DNA of 63,059 nucleotides, the filler included, from Octopus bimaculoides (Eukaryota), in NCBI RefSeq assembly GCF_001194135.2. It is 4 parts of 4 records of this genome, joined end to end, with 100 filler letters (N's around TTAATTAATTAA, not from the genome) between each part and the next. Parts side by side here need not be neighbours in the genome. Positions count along the whole stretch, not along the records: positions 49,743 to 63,059 come from NC_068989.1; 3 more parts are not named here. One strand, given 5' to 3'. Below, piece after piece: positions 49,643 to 61,824 of the stretch. Both the position numbers and the translations under genes were made by a program. The notes under the pieces were generated by a model, which had not been told where the DNA came from, did no database searches, and worked only from the letters and a program-made list of their open reading frames with translations. The stretch's first letter is position 1, and each line of letters starts with the position of its first letter.

Positions 49643-50080
49643 NNNNNNNNNNNNNNNNNNNNNNNNNNNNNNNNNNNNNNNNNNNNTTAATTAATTAANN
49701 NNNNNNNNNNNNNNNNNNNNNNNNNNNNNNNNNNNNNNNNNNATATATACACAGTATATTATTTTCAGCAATTCAAATATTGGAACTATTTATATCCTTC
49801 AGTTTGTTATATTTCTTTGGCTTCTTCAACATCTATGTTATCGTATCAAAGTTACTATATTCGTTCTAGTTCTGAATAGGATAAAAATAGCTGGTGCAAA
49901 ATATTTATCATTAATAAGTAGCTAGCACGTATAGTAATATATTAATGAATGTTTCAATATTCTTCTTATAAATCATCTGAAAAACAAAATCTAAACAAAA
50001 CAAAGATAGAACCAGCCATAGAGATATAGAATATATATAAATACCAATTTACAAATGTTACACACTCACGCACGCACACA

Positions 50081-50299
50081 GTGGTGAGCTGGCAGAAACG
50101 TTAGCGCGCCGGGCGAAATGCTTAGCGGTATTTCGTCTGCCGTTACGTTCTGAATTCAAATTCTGCCGAGGTTGAGTTAGCCTTTCATCCTTTCGGGTCG
50201 ATAAATTAAGTACCAGTTACTCACTGGGGTTCATGTAATCGACTTAATCCCTTGTTTGTCCCCTCTATATTTAGCCCCTTGTGGGCAATAAAGAAATAG
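50081..50299 (+). mobile_element. SINE family A, full length
   Basis: Head, body and GTGGGCAATAAAGAAATAG tail, as in 384-615. Confidence 0.92.
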
Positions 50300-50343
50300 C
50301 ACACACATACACACACCCACACACGCATGTATGTATATAAACG

Positions 50344-50500
50344 CAAAAGAATGGAGAATTGTGAATACTTTATTAGCTTACGCACATTTCGGATAGATTG
50401 GTAAATTCCATCTGTGATGCAGTAATCATGCATATTAATAGATCCTATATTTCATCAATTTACACCATGCAGATCGATCTAGACAATGACACTCCCAAGA
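50344..50500 (-). repeat. Unclassified interspersed repeat; other copies 55636-55795 (+) and 62700-62860 (+)
   Basis: Shared GATCGATTAATATG(C/T)ATGATTA...(C/G)TGCGTAAGCT(A/G)AT. Confidence 0.75.
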
Positions 50501-50720
50501 TATCAACTTAAGCTGTAGAGACTTTAGTGATTCCTTCAACTTAGTCTTGTATATAAGGACGGGTATTACCTTACCAAGGTGTTCCTCTGCTTGTTGGCCA
50601 CACAAAAGAATTTTCGGAATGTGGTCATCTTTCATTCGAACAACATCTACACATCTGTACTGAATCTTCAGCAGCATGCTTTTGATACTGTAGATATCGT
50701 ATTTTTCAAAGATTTTGACA
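50450..50720 (-). mobile_element. RTE-clade LINE 3' fragment
   Basis: MLLKIQYR..DVVRMKDDHIPKILLCGQ...YKTKLKESLK...WE...DRSAW. Confidence 0.8.
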
Positions 50721-50942
50721 TTTGATAATTTATCTTGGCACTTTTATGTTGCAGATATTGTGCAGACAGTACATGCGAAAAGTTTCAAGTTTCTTTATAT
50801 GCCTGTGGTATGGAGTCTATGCTTCTGCTCCATACAAGAGTATGCTCAAAATACAAGATTTATATGCACTTATTCACCGTGTTCATCGTACAAACGATGA
50901 GTTATTTTCAATTTTCTAATTATTATTAATGTTGTTGTTGTC

Positions 50943-51020
<78 letters not shown>

Positions 51021-51057
51021 AATATTATTATTATTTGTAAAGAATAAAAAAGTTTTA

Positions 51058-51351
51058 GAATGGTACAACAATGCACTATAAAACAAAAAAATGAACTATA
51101 TACCTGTTGTAATTTGGTTATCTATAGTCCGATGATATTTCGGAATTACAATTCCTTCTTCAGATGTTCTTAGCTGGAGTCTCTGCTATAAACTGTTTCC
51201 ATCGGCTTTCTTTTTTTTCGAAAGCGTAGACTCCAGCTAATAAGATCTGAAGAAGGAATTGTAATTCCGAAATATCATCGGACTATAACTAACCAAATTA
51301 CAACAGGTGTATATTCCATTTTTTGTTTTATAGTGCATTGTTGTGCCATTC
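51058..51351. mobile_element. Palindromic element (about 124-bp arms, about 90% identical, 45-bp spacer) between (TTA)n arrays
   Basis: 51058-51182 vs reverse complement of 51228-51351; 43-bp perfect core. Confidence 0.9.
51244..51279 (+). ncRNA. Minimal type-I hammerhead ribozyme motif (inverted twin at 51131-51166, minus)
   Basis: GAT CTGAAGA A GGAAT TGTA ATTCC GAA ATAT C ATC: intact core, 5-bp helix II, palindromic ATAT, AUC cleavage triplet; helix I only 3 bp. Confidence 0.65.
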
Positions 51352-51364
51352 CACAATACTCTCC

Positions 51365-51428
<64 letters not shown>

Positions 51429-51711
51429 NNNNNNNNNNNNNNNNNNNNNNNNNNNNNNNNNNNNNNNNNNNNNNNNNNNNNNNNNNNNNNNNNNNNNNNN
51501 NNNNNNNNNNNNNNNNNNNNNNNNNNNNNNNNNNNNNNNNNNNNNNNNNNNNNNNNNNNNNNNNNNNNNNNNNNNNNNNNNNNNNNNNNNNNNNNNNNNN
51601 NNNNNNNNNNNNNNNNNNNNNNNNNNNNNNNNNNNNNNNNNNNNNNNNNNNNNNNNNNNNNNNNNNNNNNNNNNNNNNNNNNNNNNNNNNNNNNNNNNNN
51701 NNNNNNNNNNN

Positions 51712-51858
51712 NTCCCACCAGTTTTTATCATGGGGCAAGTCCAGGTTTTTGCATATTACCCAGTGAATATATTGTGCAGCTCTATCATGCCTGTTGAGAT
51801 ACTCTGTAGGCGCAAGCAGACTGCACATGGAGACAACATGATCGATGGTCTCATTTTG

Positions 51859-51860
<2 letters not shown>
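51712..51860 (-). mobile_element. R4/Dong LINE fragment: CCHC zinc-knuckle region
   Basis: NETIDHVVSMCSLLAPTEYLNRHDRAAQYIHWVICKNLDLPHDKNWW. Confidence 0.85.
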
Positions 51861-51929
<69 letters not shown>

Positions 51930-51931
<2 letters not shown>

Positions 51932-52200
51932 GTATAGACGTCGCACAGTCCCCAATATCGTGAGGTAGTTGATGTTGATTTAAGATATTGTGTCTACCGG
52001 GGTTTTGTATTGTCTTTACGTTTTGACTCTGGTAGCTGCCACATCTTAGCGATTTCAATTCTCAAGTCTCCATATTTATCAACCCTTTCTCTTTCTTTCA
52101 TGATGATATGTTGATCTCCTGTCACTGCCACGTTTGTCGCTCCTAAAGGTTACTATATCCGGCCTTCGGTGCTCTAATACCTCGTCTGGTTTGAAGTCAA
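51930..52200 (-). mobile_element. R4/Dong LINE 3' end with restriction-like endonuclease remnant and (TAA)n tail
   Basis: KLLQDFD..DEVLEHRRPDIV...VAVTGDQHIIMKERERVDKYGDLRIEI. Confidence 0.8.
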
Positions 52201-52234
52201 AGTCCTGAAGGAGTTTTGCCTTCATCCTTTTCGT

Positions 52235-52400
52235 CCATTACCTTCATCCTTTTCGTCCATTACCTTCATCAAGGTCGATTTTGCCTTTCATCCTTTCGGG
52301 GTCGATGAAATAAGTACCAGTTCAGCACTGGGGTCAATTTAATTAACTAACCCCCTCCCCCAAAATTTCAAGCCTTGTATCTATAGTAGAAAGGATTATT
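52235..52400 (+). mobile_element. Family-A SINE 3' part
   Basis: Family-A body; local 22-bp duplication CCTTCATCCTTTTCGTCCATTA. Confidence 0.8.
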
Positions 52401-52430
52401 ATTGTTATTATTATTATTATNNNNNNNNNN

Positions 52431-52459
<29 letters not shown>

Positions 52460-52463
<4 letters not shown>

Positions 52464-52975
52464 CTTTTAATCTGTAAGCTTGTTACAGTGACTTGCCGAG
52501 ACATACCTAGTGCCCTGGGGCTTATGAAGGATAAGAGATGTTACAGTATGACTGAAAGCTTGGGGAGGGGAAGTAACGAAATGGATAGAGTTTTTCTAAG
52601 GATGTGGGTAGTACTTGTCAGTACAATCTTTTGAATTTCTCTGAGACATGGTTCTCCCGGGATAATATATAGATGTTTCTGACATCCCTTGTTTATCGTA
52701 CCTAGGACACCGACAATAACAAGAGAACAGTTCTCGCTTTAAGATGCCATATCTTTTGTATTTCAATTTCCGGGTCCTTATATTTACTTAGTTTGTCAAA
52801 TTCCTTGACAGATATATTTTTATCAGTGGGTCGATTAGCCTGGATCGTTCTGTCAGTGTTGACTGGAAAATCCCAGAGGATAGTGACATTTTTACCTTCA
52901 ATGTCTGGCTCAGGATGATGTTCATACCAGTAAAGAGGAGTGCTGATTTTGTAGTGTTTACATATTTTCCATTGT
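52460..52975 (-). mobile_element. R4/Dong LINE 3' end (RLE domain + 3' UTR, (TAA)n tail)
   Basis: WYEHHPEP..ILWDFPVNTDRTIQANRP...KEFDKLSKYKD.EIEI. Confidence 0.9.
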
Positions 52976-54499
52976 TGTCGTTGTTGTTTACTTTTAATCT
53001 TCATGTTTGATGCAATCACTTGCCGGGACACACCCAGCGCCCTGGGGCAAGTGAACGTTAAGAGATGTTGGTGAGATGAAATATAGCCTGGCGAGGGGAA
53101 GTGGTGAGGGCAGTAGCAAAATGCATCCATATAATGCAGTGCAAACATTTAAATTGATAGGGTTTTTCTAAGGATGTGGGCAGTACTTGTCACCACAATC
53201 GTTTGGATTTTCTTGAGTCATGGTTCTCCTGGGATGTTGTCTAAATGTTTCTGGCATCCCTTTTTTTTTATCAAACATAAGGCACCGACAATAACAGGAA
53301 CAGTTTTTGCTTTAAGATTCCACATCTCTGTATTTCAATATCCAGGTCCTTATATTTACTAAGTTTATCAAACTCCTTTGCAGATATGTTTTATCAGTGG
53401 AAACACTTACATCTATTAGTCTGCAAATATTTTCTTCCCTGTCTTTAATAAATATGTCTGGTCGATTAGCCTTGATCCTTTTATCAGTGTTGACTGGAAA
53501 GTTCCAGAGGGCGGTGACATCTTTACCTTCAATAACTGGTTCAGGATGTGGTTCATACCAGTAAGCAGGGGTACCGATTTTGTAGAGTTTACAAAAAAAT
53601 CCACATTTAGGGTCAGTACCGTGTTTGAGAACGTTAGCCTGGTAATTTCTAGTTAGCAAACTTTAGTCTGTTGCTGCCAGTATGAAGACTTCAGTCTCTG
53701 CTTTCACTCCTGAACTCCTCAGCCATTGATGGCTTGTTGCTTGGTCTACATCAGCATTTTGACTTCGGAGAATGTATTGTCCATGCAGGGGCTTCTTGCT
53801 CCACCGCTTCTCAGTCTGTTTCTGCCCGTTCTGTTTTGCAATCTGCTTGATTCGTATTGTTTGCTTGGTAGCAGTGGTTTCAGTCTCCTGATCTAATTAA
53901 GGATTGATGCCAAGTTCCCTTTCGAATTTATAAGCTTCTTTGATAATGGAGTGTGACTTCTTGCTGCTTTCATGTTCGCACACAAGTTGCAGCATCCAGT
54001 CCTTTGTACTAGATAAGTACCTCTTCATTCTTATAGTGGAGGTCTTATAACACAGTTCTAATTGCATCGTTCCTATTCTCCCACGGCTTCTAGGTAGGGA
54101 CAGATGGTCTACGTCTGCCTTAGGGCGTTTTCTTGGATGTTGATAATTTTCGTGTCTTCCTGTCCAGGCGTTGGAGTTCCTTAGGATTCCTGTAAATGAT
54201 GTTAAAACTGTACTGGAGTACTGGAAGTGTCATAGTGTTAATAACTTCGATGAGGTTTTTAGAGTTGAGTTCAGTCTTAAGTACAAGTCTTATTCCTCCA
54301 TGGTACCCCTTTCTTATTTTTTCCTCCATAGCAGGCGCAGGAGTAGCTGTGTCGTAAGTAGCTTGCTTACCAACCACATGGTTCCGGGTTCATTGCCACT
54401 GCGTGGCACCTTGGGCAAGTGTCTTCTACTATAGCCTCGGGCCGACCAAACCCTTGTGAGTGGATTTGGTAGACGGAAACTGAAAGAAACCCGTCGTAT

Positions 54500-54552
<53 letters not shown>

Positions 54553-54830
54553 NNNNNNNNNNNNNNNNNNNNNNNNNNNNNNNNNNNNNNNNNNNNNNNN
54601 NNNNNNNNNNNNNNNNNNNNNNNNNNNNNNNNNNNNNNNNNNNNNNNNNNNNNNNNNNNNNNNNNNNNNNNNNNNNNNNNNNNNNNNNNNNNNNNNNNNN
54701 NNNNNNNNNNNNNNNNNNNNNNNNNNNNNNNNNNNNNNNNNNNNNNNNNNNNNNNNNNNNNNNNNNNNNNNNNNNNNNNNNNNNNNNNNNNNNNNNNNNN
54801 NNNNNNNNNNNNNNNNNNNNNNNNNNNNNN

Positions 54831-54892
<62 letters not shown>

Positions 54893-55560
54893 TTGTGTGC
54901 CTGTGTTTGTCCCCACCAACATCGCTTGACAACCGATGGTGGTGTGTTTACGTCCCCGTTCGGCAAAAGAGACCGATAGAATAAGTATTAGGCTTACAAA
55001 GAATAAGTCTTGGGGTCGATTTGCTCTACTAAAGGCGGTGCTCCAGTATGGCCGCAGTCAAATGACTGAAACAAGTAAAAGAGAAAGAGAAAATGAGAGT
55101 AGCATGATGATTATCATCTCCAAGGTATTTATAATTTTCTAGTGGATCAAATTTCTTGATGGCAGTGTTGATAACCAATTTAATGGAAGCTATTTGCCCG
55201 AGTTTTTTAAATAGGATATCTTGTGTAGTGAATAATATAGTGGTCATTTTACTTTACGATACATATTAACTGAACCAGTTTCCTTCTACTCATAGCTTTT
55301 ATTTAGAACTAAACTGATCAAATGACATTTGCTCCGTAACTTCGATAATTATTCGCTGACTAGCTGTGTTCTACATATCTCCTCTGTGCATTTGAATCGG
55401 TCAGTAAAAGTCTAAGTGGAGTAGGAATTTTGCCATTAACATTCTTCAAGTTGACAAGTGAGAGAAGAAACTAAGTATTACAATTCTAGTATGATCTGAT
55501 TAATACAATTCCTAAGTAGGTCTGCTGAGATACACCCCTGCCCCTTATACTGCTCAACTA
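52976..55560 (-). mobile_element. R4/Dong LINE, about 1.8 kb of RT C-terminus/CCHC/RLE, interrupted by SINE B
   Basis: YKYLGDDNHHA|MEEKIRK.Y..IRLVLKTELNSKN; LTRNYQANVLKHGTDPKC; LWNFPVNTDKRIKANRPDIFIKD. Confidence 0.88.
54334..55099 (+). mobile_element. SINE family B nested in the Dong LINE, 5-bp TSD TAGCA
   Basis: TAGCA at 54329-54333 and 55100-55104; removing the SINE restores the LINE frame. Confidence 0.92.
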
Positions 55561-55938
55561 TTGTTAGTTTTACCGCTTATCTCTTTTCAAATGTTCGCTA
55601 TCCCAAAAAGTGAGGAAGAGGATAAAGATTAGTATAGGATGGTGTCTAATTTTTCTGTCTGTGTAGAATCGTAATCGATTAAATGTAAGATCGATTAATA
55701 TGTATGATTAGTGCATCGCAGACTTTTGGAATTTGCCAGTCTATCCGAAATGTGCGTAAGCTAATAAAAGATTCATAACTCTCCGTTCTTTTATTTTTGT
55801 ATATATATNNNNNNNNNNNNNNNNNNNNNNNNNNNNNNNNNNNNNNNNNNNNNNNNNNNNNNNNNNNNNNNNNNNNNNNNNNNNNNNNNNNNNNNNNNNN
55901 NNNNNNNNNNNNNNNNNNNNNNNNNNNNNNNNNNNNNN

Positions 55939-55980
<42 letters not shown>

Positions 55981-56289
55981 TTTATGTATATACATATATA
56001 TATATACATTGTATGTATGTGTGTATGCGGTGTGTCTGTGTGTGAATGCGTGTGTAGCATTTGTAAATTGTTATTCACATACATCTGATATTTCTAGGAC
56101 TGAAGGCAATGTCTGATTTTATTTGTTGTTTTCCAAATGATTTCTAAGAACGATATTGAAGGAGTGATAAATGTTTTAGTATACGTGCTTGTTAACGTAC
56201 TTGTTACTTATTAATAATAAAGACTTTGCACCTTCTATTTTGATCCTATTCAAAGCTAGAATGAATATAGCAACTTTAAGATAAGGATA

Positions 56290-59200
56290 GGATGGTGCTA
56301 AATTTCTCGCACCCTCTGCGTGTCGTAAAAGGCGAATGAAAGAGAAACCATAGCAGCTTATCTCCAAAGATGTTGTTGTGGCATGGCGAGCTTAGGCCCC
56401 TTTTAAATAAACCTAGCCATACCCTGCACCGGGAAGTAGCGGAGCATTGCAAGTGTCTCAGCAGATGTTCCTTGAGTGACGGACAACGGCAGATCTTGAA
56501 TAAGTGGCAGGCGTTCTGGTAACCCTAGATGCTGTCGTCACGCTGCGGTGAAGAAGGCAACGAGAAACTACTTAACTTCTTTATAATTTCAAAGAACAAT
56601 CATGAATAGTCACAATTCAATAGTGGAAAATAACGGCGTGAAGGAGGTTTGTCTATATAACGAGGATGGCTCCTCGCCCGGCAAGGCATCCCATGAATAA
56701 CAGAAAACTACTGTTAGCAACAGAAGTACCATCAAATTTGGAACCTGGAATATGAGAACTTTATATCAAAGTGGCAAGCTTGAAAATGTTAAACAAGACA
56801 TGATGAGACTAAACCTCAACATCCTAGCCATAAGTGAAGCAAGGTTGCCGAATAATGGTGACGTCATCATCGATGATTTCAAGATGGTTTATACCGGTGG
56901 TAACAAACATGAAAAAGGAATAGGACTGCTTTTATACACTGATATGGCGAAATGTGCCCTTGGCTACTGAACAGTAAGAGAAAGAGTTCTGCTGGTCAGA
57001 CTGCATGGTCATTCATTTAACATTTCCATCATAGTTGTTTATGCACCCACAGTGGATAACACAGAAGAGGAGTCTGATGCCTTCTATGACACCCTGGAAG
57101 AAGCCAAGTCTTAGTGCAAGGTTGATGAGATTAATATCAACATAGGAAATCTGAATGCAAAAGTGGTTCGTGGACAGGAAGGTTAAGTCGTTGGTCAGTA
57201 CGAAATTGGCAAGAAAAATGAAGGAGGTGAGAGATGGATACGGTGGTATATGGATACGGTGGAATATGATTATTACGAATACAGGGTTTAAGGAGCACCC
57301 TAGAAGAATTTACACATGGGAGGTCCCTGGTGACATCTCGAGAAACCAGATTGGTTATATCTCTATCAATGACAGATTTAAAAGATCAGTAAAACATGCA
57401 AAAATATTTCCAGCAGCAGACTGTGGGAGCGACAATGTACCAGTGGTATACACACTCCAATGTAAATTAAAGAAGTTGAAAAGAGAAAGAACTACAGAGA
57501 AACTGGATTTTGAGCGGCTGAATAAGACAGAGATGCAGTTGAAGTATTCCATCAATGTAGAGAACAGATTTAATCAGTTGATGGATAATGGCAAGTAGAT
57601 TATTTAGAGAGTAATGAAAAACATCTTAGTAGAAACAGCCAAGGAAATCCTGCCAAAGAAAAAGAAAAAAGAAAGAAATGGACGACTGAGGAGATCTTTT
57701 CAATGATAAATAAGTGACAGAAAATCAGGAACAGGAAATCCAAAAAGTGTAGGAAGCTGATAGAGTGATTAAACGGAGGTGTAGGGAAACTTAAGAGACC
57801 TGGCTAAATGGACAATACGAAGAAATTGAAAGGCAATTTCCGGTAAGATACAAAGTATACCAGGAGATAAATGAAATATCTGGCAGAAAGTCAGGATGCT
57901 GAAACTCCGAGTGTTTCAGAGCAAAAAATGGTACCATGCTGGTTGAAGATATTGACATTTTGAATAGATGGACAGAGTATGTAGGAGATTTATCTCATGA
58001 TGCGGTAACAACCTGCCTAATTTTCCTGACTCTAACGAGGGTCCGAAGATTCTGTCATTTGAAGTACAGGAAGCCATCAAAACAAGCTTCTGGGCTAGAC
58101 GGAACTGCCACTGAAATGTTAAGCGCATTAGAGGAATATGGAATTAAAAAAGTGACAGATGTAATAAGCAAGATCTATGATAACGGGAAATTTTCAGAAG
58201 ATCTGAGTAAATCCATCTTTATTACACTCTCGAAGAAACTGGGAGCGGCGGACAGTAAGCAGCATCGCAAGATTAGTCACATGGGTTACGTTACAAAGAT
58301 CATTCAGAGAATTTTACTTCTGCGGGCAACAAACAGAATAAAGCCTGACATTGGAATTGAACAGTTTGGCTTTGTAATGGGTGCTGGTGCTAAGAATGTT
58401 ATTTTTGTATTGTGTATGATAAGGGAGCGGGCGGTGGAGAAGCAAAAAAAGTGTTCCTGTGTTTCATAGATTACATAAAGACCTTCGACAAAGTAAAACA
58501 TGACATGTTATTTGAAGAACTCAGTAACTTTGATCTGCATGGGAAAGATCTCGGAATCTTGCAGAGTCTGTATTGGAACCAACCAGCGTGCGTAAAGGTG
58601 ATGAAGAATGCAGTGAATACACTAGCACCAAGAGAAGTGTTAGACAAGGATGTGTTATATCGCCAGACCTCTTCAATTACTTAAGATAATTGATCATGAG
58701 TGAACTGCATAAGGAAAAAAAGGTCTTAGGGTAGGAGGCAGAGACGGCACAAACATAAGATATGCAGATGACACAGTCTTACTTGCAGATTCGGAAAAGG
58801 AATTTCAGAGACTACAGGATGTAGTGGTCAGGGATAGCGAGAGGAAGGGTCTGTTCATAAATTGCAAGAAGGCAGAGTGTATGATGGTAACAAAGTAGGG
58901 AAGCACCAAGTGTATGCTGAAGGGAAGCCCAAAGTTGACATTCAAATCATTTAGCATGCATCATCCTTCAACTACTTTGGAACTTTGATCACAGAAGACG
59001 CAAAATGAAGACGCATGAAAGAGATCAAAAGACGAATACTGCTGGCAAAATCTGCATTCTCAAAATTGTACATCTTGAGAAGCTGTATTCTAAACATCAA
59101 AACCAAAATTCGTATCTTGATCTGCAATGTCGACTCTGAGTTAATGTACGGAAGTATGAATGAGAAGTAAGAAGGTGCTTGGAGAGCTGTGAAATGTTCT

Positions 59201-59525
59201 TAAGGAGAATATTGAGGATAGCATGGACAAAGTGTCTAATGAAGAAGTGATGACCCGAGCTGCGGTAAATTGGAAGCTGTTTTGTGAGACAAAGGCCAAG
59301 AAACAGATTTCTTGGTCATGTGGTGAGGAAAAACAGCCTGGAGAACTTAGCGATGACCGGAAAGGCTGAAGGGAAAACAAGCAGAGGAAGGAGAAAATGA
59401 TATGGATGTCAAGCTTGATGAACTGGTTGGAAACAAGAGGCATTAAACATCAGGAAGTGAAACTGTTATAGAAAACAGAGAAGAGAGAATTGTGGCAGTA
59501 CATAATAGCCTATGTTCTACATTCT
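56290..59525 (+). mobile_element. Near-full-length RTE (BovB-like) LINE, disrupted: 5' UTR, APE endonuclease, RT
   Basis: FGTWNMRTL, ISEAR, VVYAPT, GNLNAK, NQIGYI, SDNVPV (APE); QFGF, FIDYIKTFDKVKH, YADD at 58761-58772 (RT); multiple stops and frameshifts. Confidence 0.95.
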
Positions 59526-60195
59526 GGACTTTTATGACCGTACTCAAAACGTTTGCCGTAAGCGAACTTAGAGGATATATANNNNNNNNNNNNNNNNNNN
59601 NNNNNNNNNNNNNNNNNNNNNNNNNNNNNNNNNNNNNNNNNNNNNNNNNNNNNNNNNNNNNNNNNNNNNNNNNNNNNNNNNNNNNNNNNNNNNNNNNNNN
59701 NNNNNNNNNNNNNNNNNNNNNNNNNNNNNNNNNNNNNNNNNNNNNNNNNNNNNTATATATATATATATATATATATATCGGAGTAAATGCGCTAAGTAAT
59801 GTTTACGTATAATCACAATTTAGGTTAGTTGAAATATATTTGTCACATATTTCAACAGCTAAAGGCAAATACACTGCAGTTACCGTGGAGAAAAAAATTC
59901 TCTCTTATGGTAAAAAGGTATGAAAACACTCCGTTCGTTCAGTGTTGCTCTCTGTCGGGAATCTGAGGCATCGATGTTTCGAGTTTGTTGACTCTTGTCG
60001 ATCTGATGTACCTGAGAGTGTAACACACCTTTTTACCATAAGAGAGAATTTTTTCTCCACGGTAATTGCAATGTATTTGCCTTTTGCAGTTGAAATATAT
60101 TTCAATATATTTCAACTCACCTAAATTGTGAATATATATATTTCCTTTAAGTTCGCTTTACTGGAAACGCTTTTGAGTACGCACATAAAAGCTCC
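59526..60195. mobile_element. Fold-back DNA element with long TIRs (spacer 59932-60015); (TA)n plus gap inserted in the left arm
   Basis: CGTACTCAAAA/TTTTGAGTACG, TCACAATTTAGG/CCTAAATTGTGA and CCGTGGAGAAAAAA..TCTCTTATGGTAAAAAGG with its reverse complement. Confidence 0.85.
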
Positions 60196-60297
60196 TATGC
60201 TAGTATGCAAGCTACCTGCATAATAATAATCTACAACAGCAATTTACAACTTACAACAGCAATTTTATGGGATAGTACCGAGCAGTGTCGATATATA

Positions 60298-61513
60298 TTA
60301 GGTCATCCCATAAACAATGCAATTTTTTCAATTGCATGAACTAAAAGTCGGAGGGGGATGAGATAAACTACCTGCAGGTAGTAATTTTATCTTGTCCTTA
60401 TTTTTAGTGCAAGTTTTGAAGTGTGCAGTTCGATTTTAACAGTTATTTTTTCAAAGCTATAATGGAAGTGACAAAAGAGTACATTCGGCATATTTTGCTT
60501 TATGAGTTCAATAAAGGCAACAATGCAATGGAAAGTGCGAGGAATATTAATGCAGTATATAGGGATCGGACAATAAGTGTAAGCCAGTATCAACGGTGAT
60601 TCCAGAGATTCCGTGTCGGAAACTACAGCCTAGAAGACGAGCCTCGTCCTGGAAGATCTGTAGAGCTCGACGAGGACGTCCTGCAAATCCTGATGGAACA
60701 AAATCTCATTGTAACTGTTGAGGAACATAGCAGAGAAGCTTGGATTTGGTCATTCAACCATTGATCGAAACCCACGTGCCATCGGAAAAGTCAGCAAATT
60801 GGGTCAATGGGTTCCTCACAAACTTTCCGAGTTTAATCGCACGCAGACAGTGAATGTGTACTCATCTTTGCTGTTACGTCTCATGAATGAATCTTTTTTG
60901 GACCGAATAGTGACTGGTGACGAGAAATGAGTTCTCTATAAAAATGTCAAGCGCCAAAGACAGTGGGTAGGGAAGGAGAAACACCGGCACCCAAGGCTAA
61001 AGAAGGTCTCCACCCGCGTAAGGTGTTATTATCTGTTTGGTGGGAAATGAAATGTTTGGTCCACTTTGAACTTTTAAGCCCAAACGAAACGTTAGCAAAG
61101 GCGATTTACTGCGAGTAGCTTGAGTGGCATAAGTCAGCACCATCTTTGGCTTCAAGACAAAAGATGTTCTTCCATCAGGATAATGCTCGGCCACACACAG
61201 CGAATTTTTTGAATGGAAACGATGTCCAACCCACCATATTCGCTGGACATTTCTCCATCTGATTATCATTTATTCCGCTGTCTTCAAAATCATTTGGACG
61301 GGAAAAATATGAATTCTGTCGACGAGGTTAGAACAATACTAGAGGAGTATTTTTCGTCACGGACAAGTGAATTCTGGAAGAGAGGCCTTGCAAGTCTACC
61401 AGATAGATTGAAGAGTATTGTAGAAAATGAAGGAGAGTATATTTTAGATGAAAAAAAAAACTTTGTTTATCTTAATTTTGAAAAATAAAACAAGTATAAA
61501 AAACTGCATTATT
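60298..61513 (+). mobile_element. Mariner (DD34D) transposon; transposase pseudogene 60462-61450
   Basis: TA+TTAGGTCATCCCATAAACAATGC TIR; WVPH, TGDEK, FHQDNARPH, PPYSLDISPSDYHLF; stops and deletions; right TIR begins AAAACTGCATTATT then enters a gap. Confidence 0.95.
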
Positions 61514-61659
61514 NNNNNNNNNNNNNNNNNNNNNNNNNNNNNNNNNNNNNNNNNNNNNNNNNNNNNNNNNNNNNNNNNNNNNNNNNNNNNNNNNNNNNNN
61601 NNNNNNNNNNNNNNNNNNNNNNNNNNNNNNNNNNNNNNNNNNNNNNNNNNNATATATGC

Positions 61660-61693
<34 letters not shown>

Positions 61694-61750
61694 GTATATA
61701 TACATATATTTATGCGTATATATATATGTATATATATGTATATATATATG

Positions 61751-61787
<37 letters not shown>

Positions 61788-61792
61788 GTATA

Positions 61793-61824
<32 letters not shown>

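Noticed and set aside
19401-49699. TTAATTAATTAA islands inside N runs (about 19401, 27081, 49687)
   Set aside because: An identical 12-13-mer centred in fixed-size gaps with stops in all frames is assembly padding, not biology.
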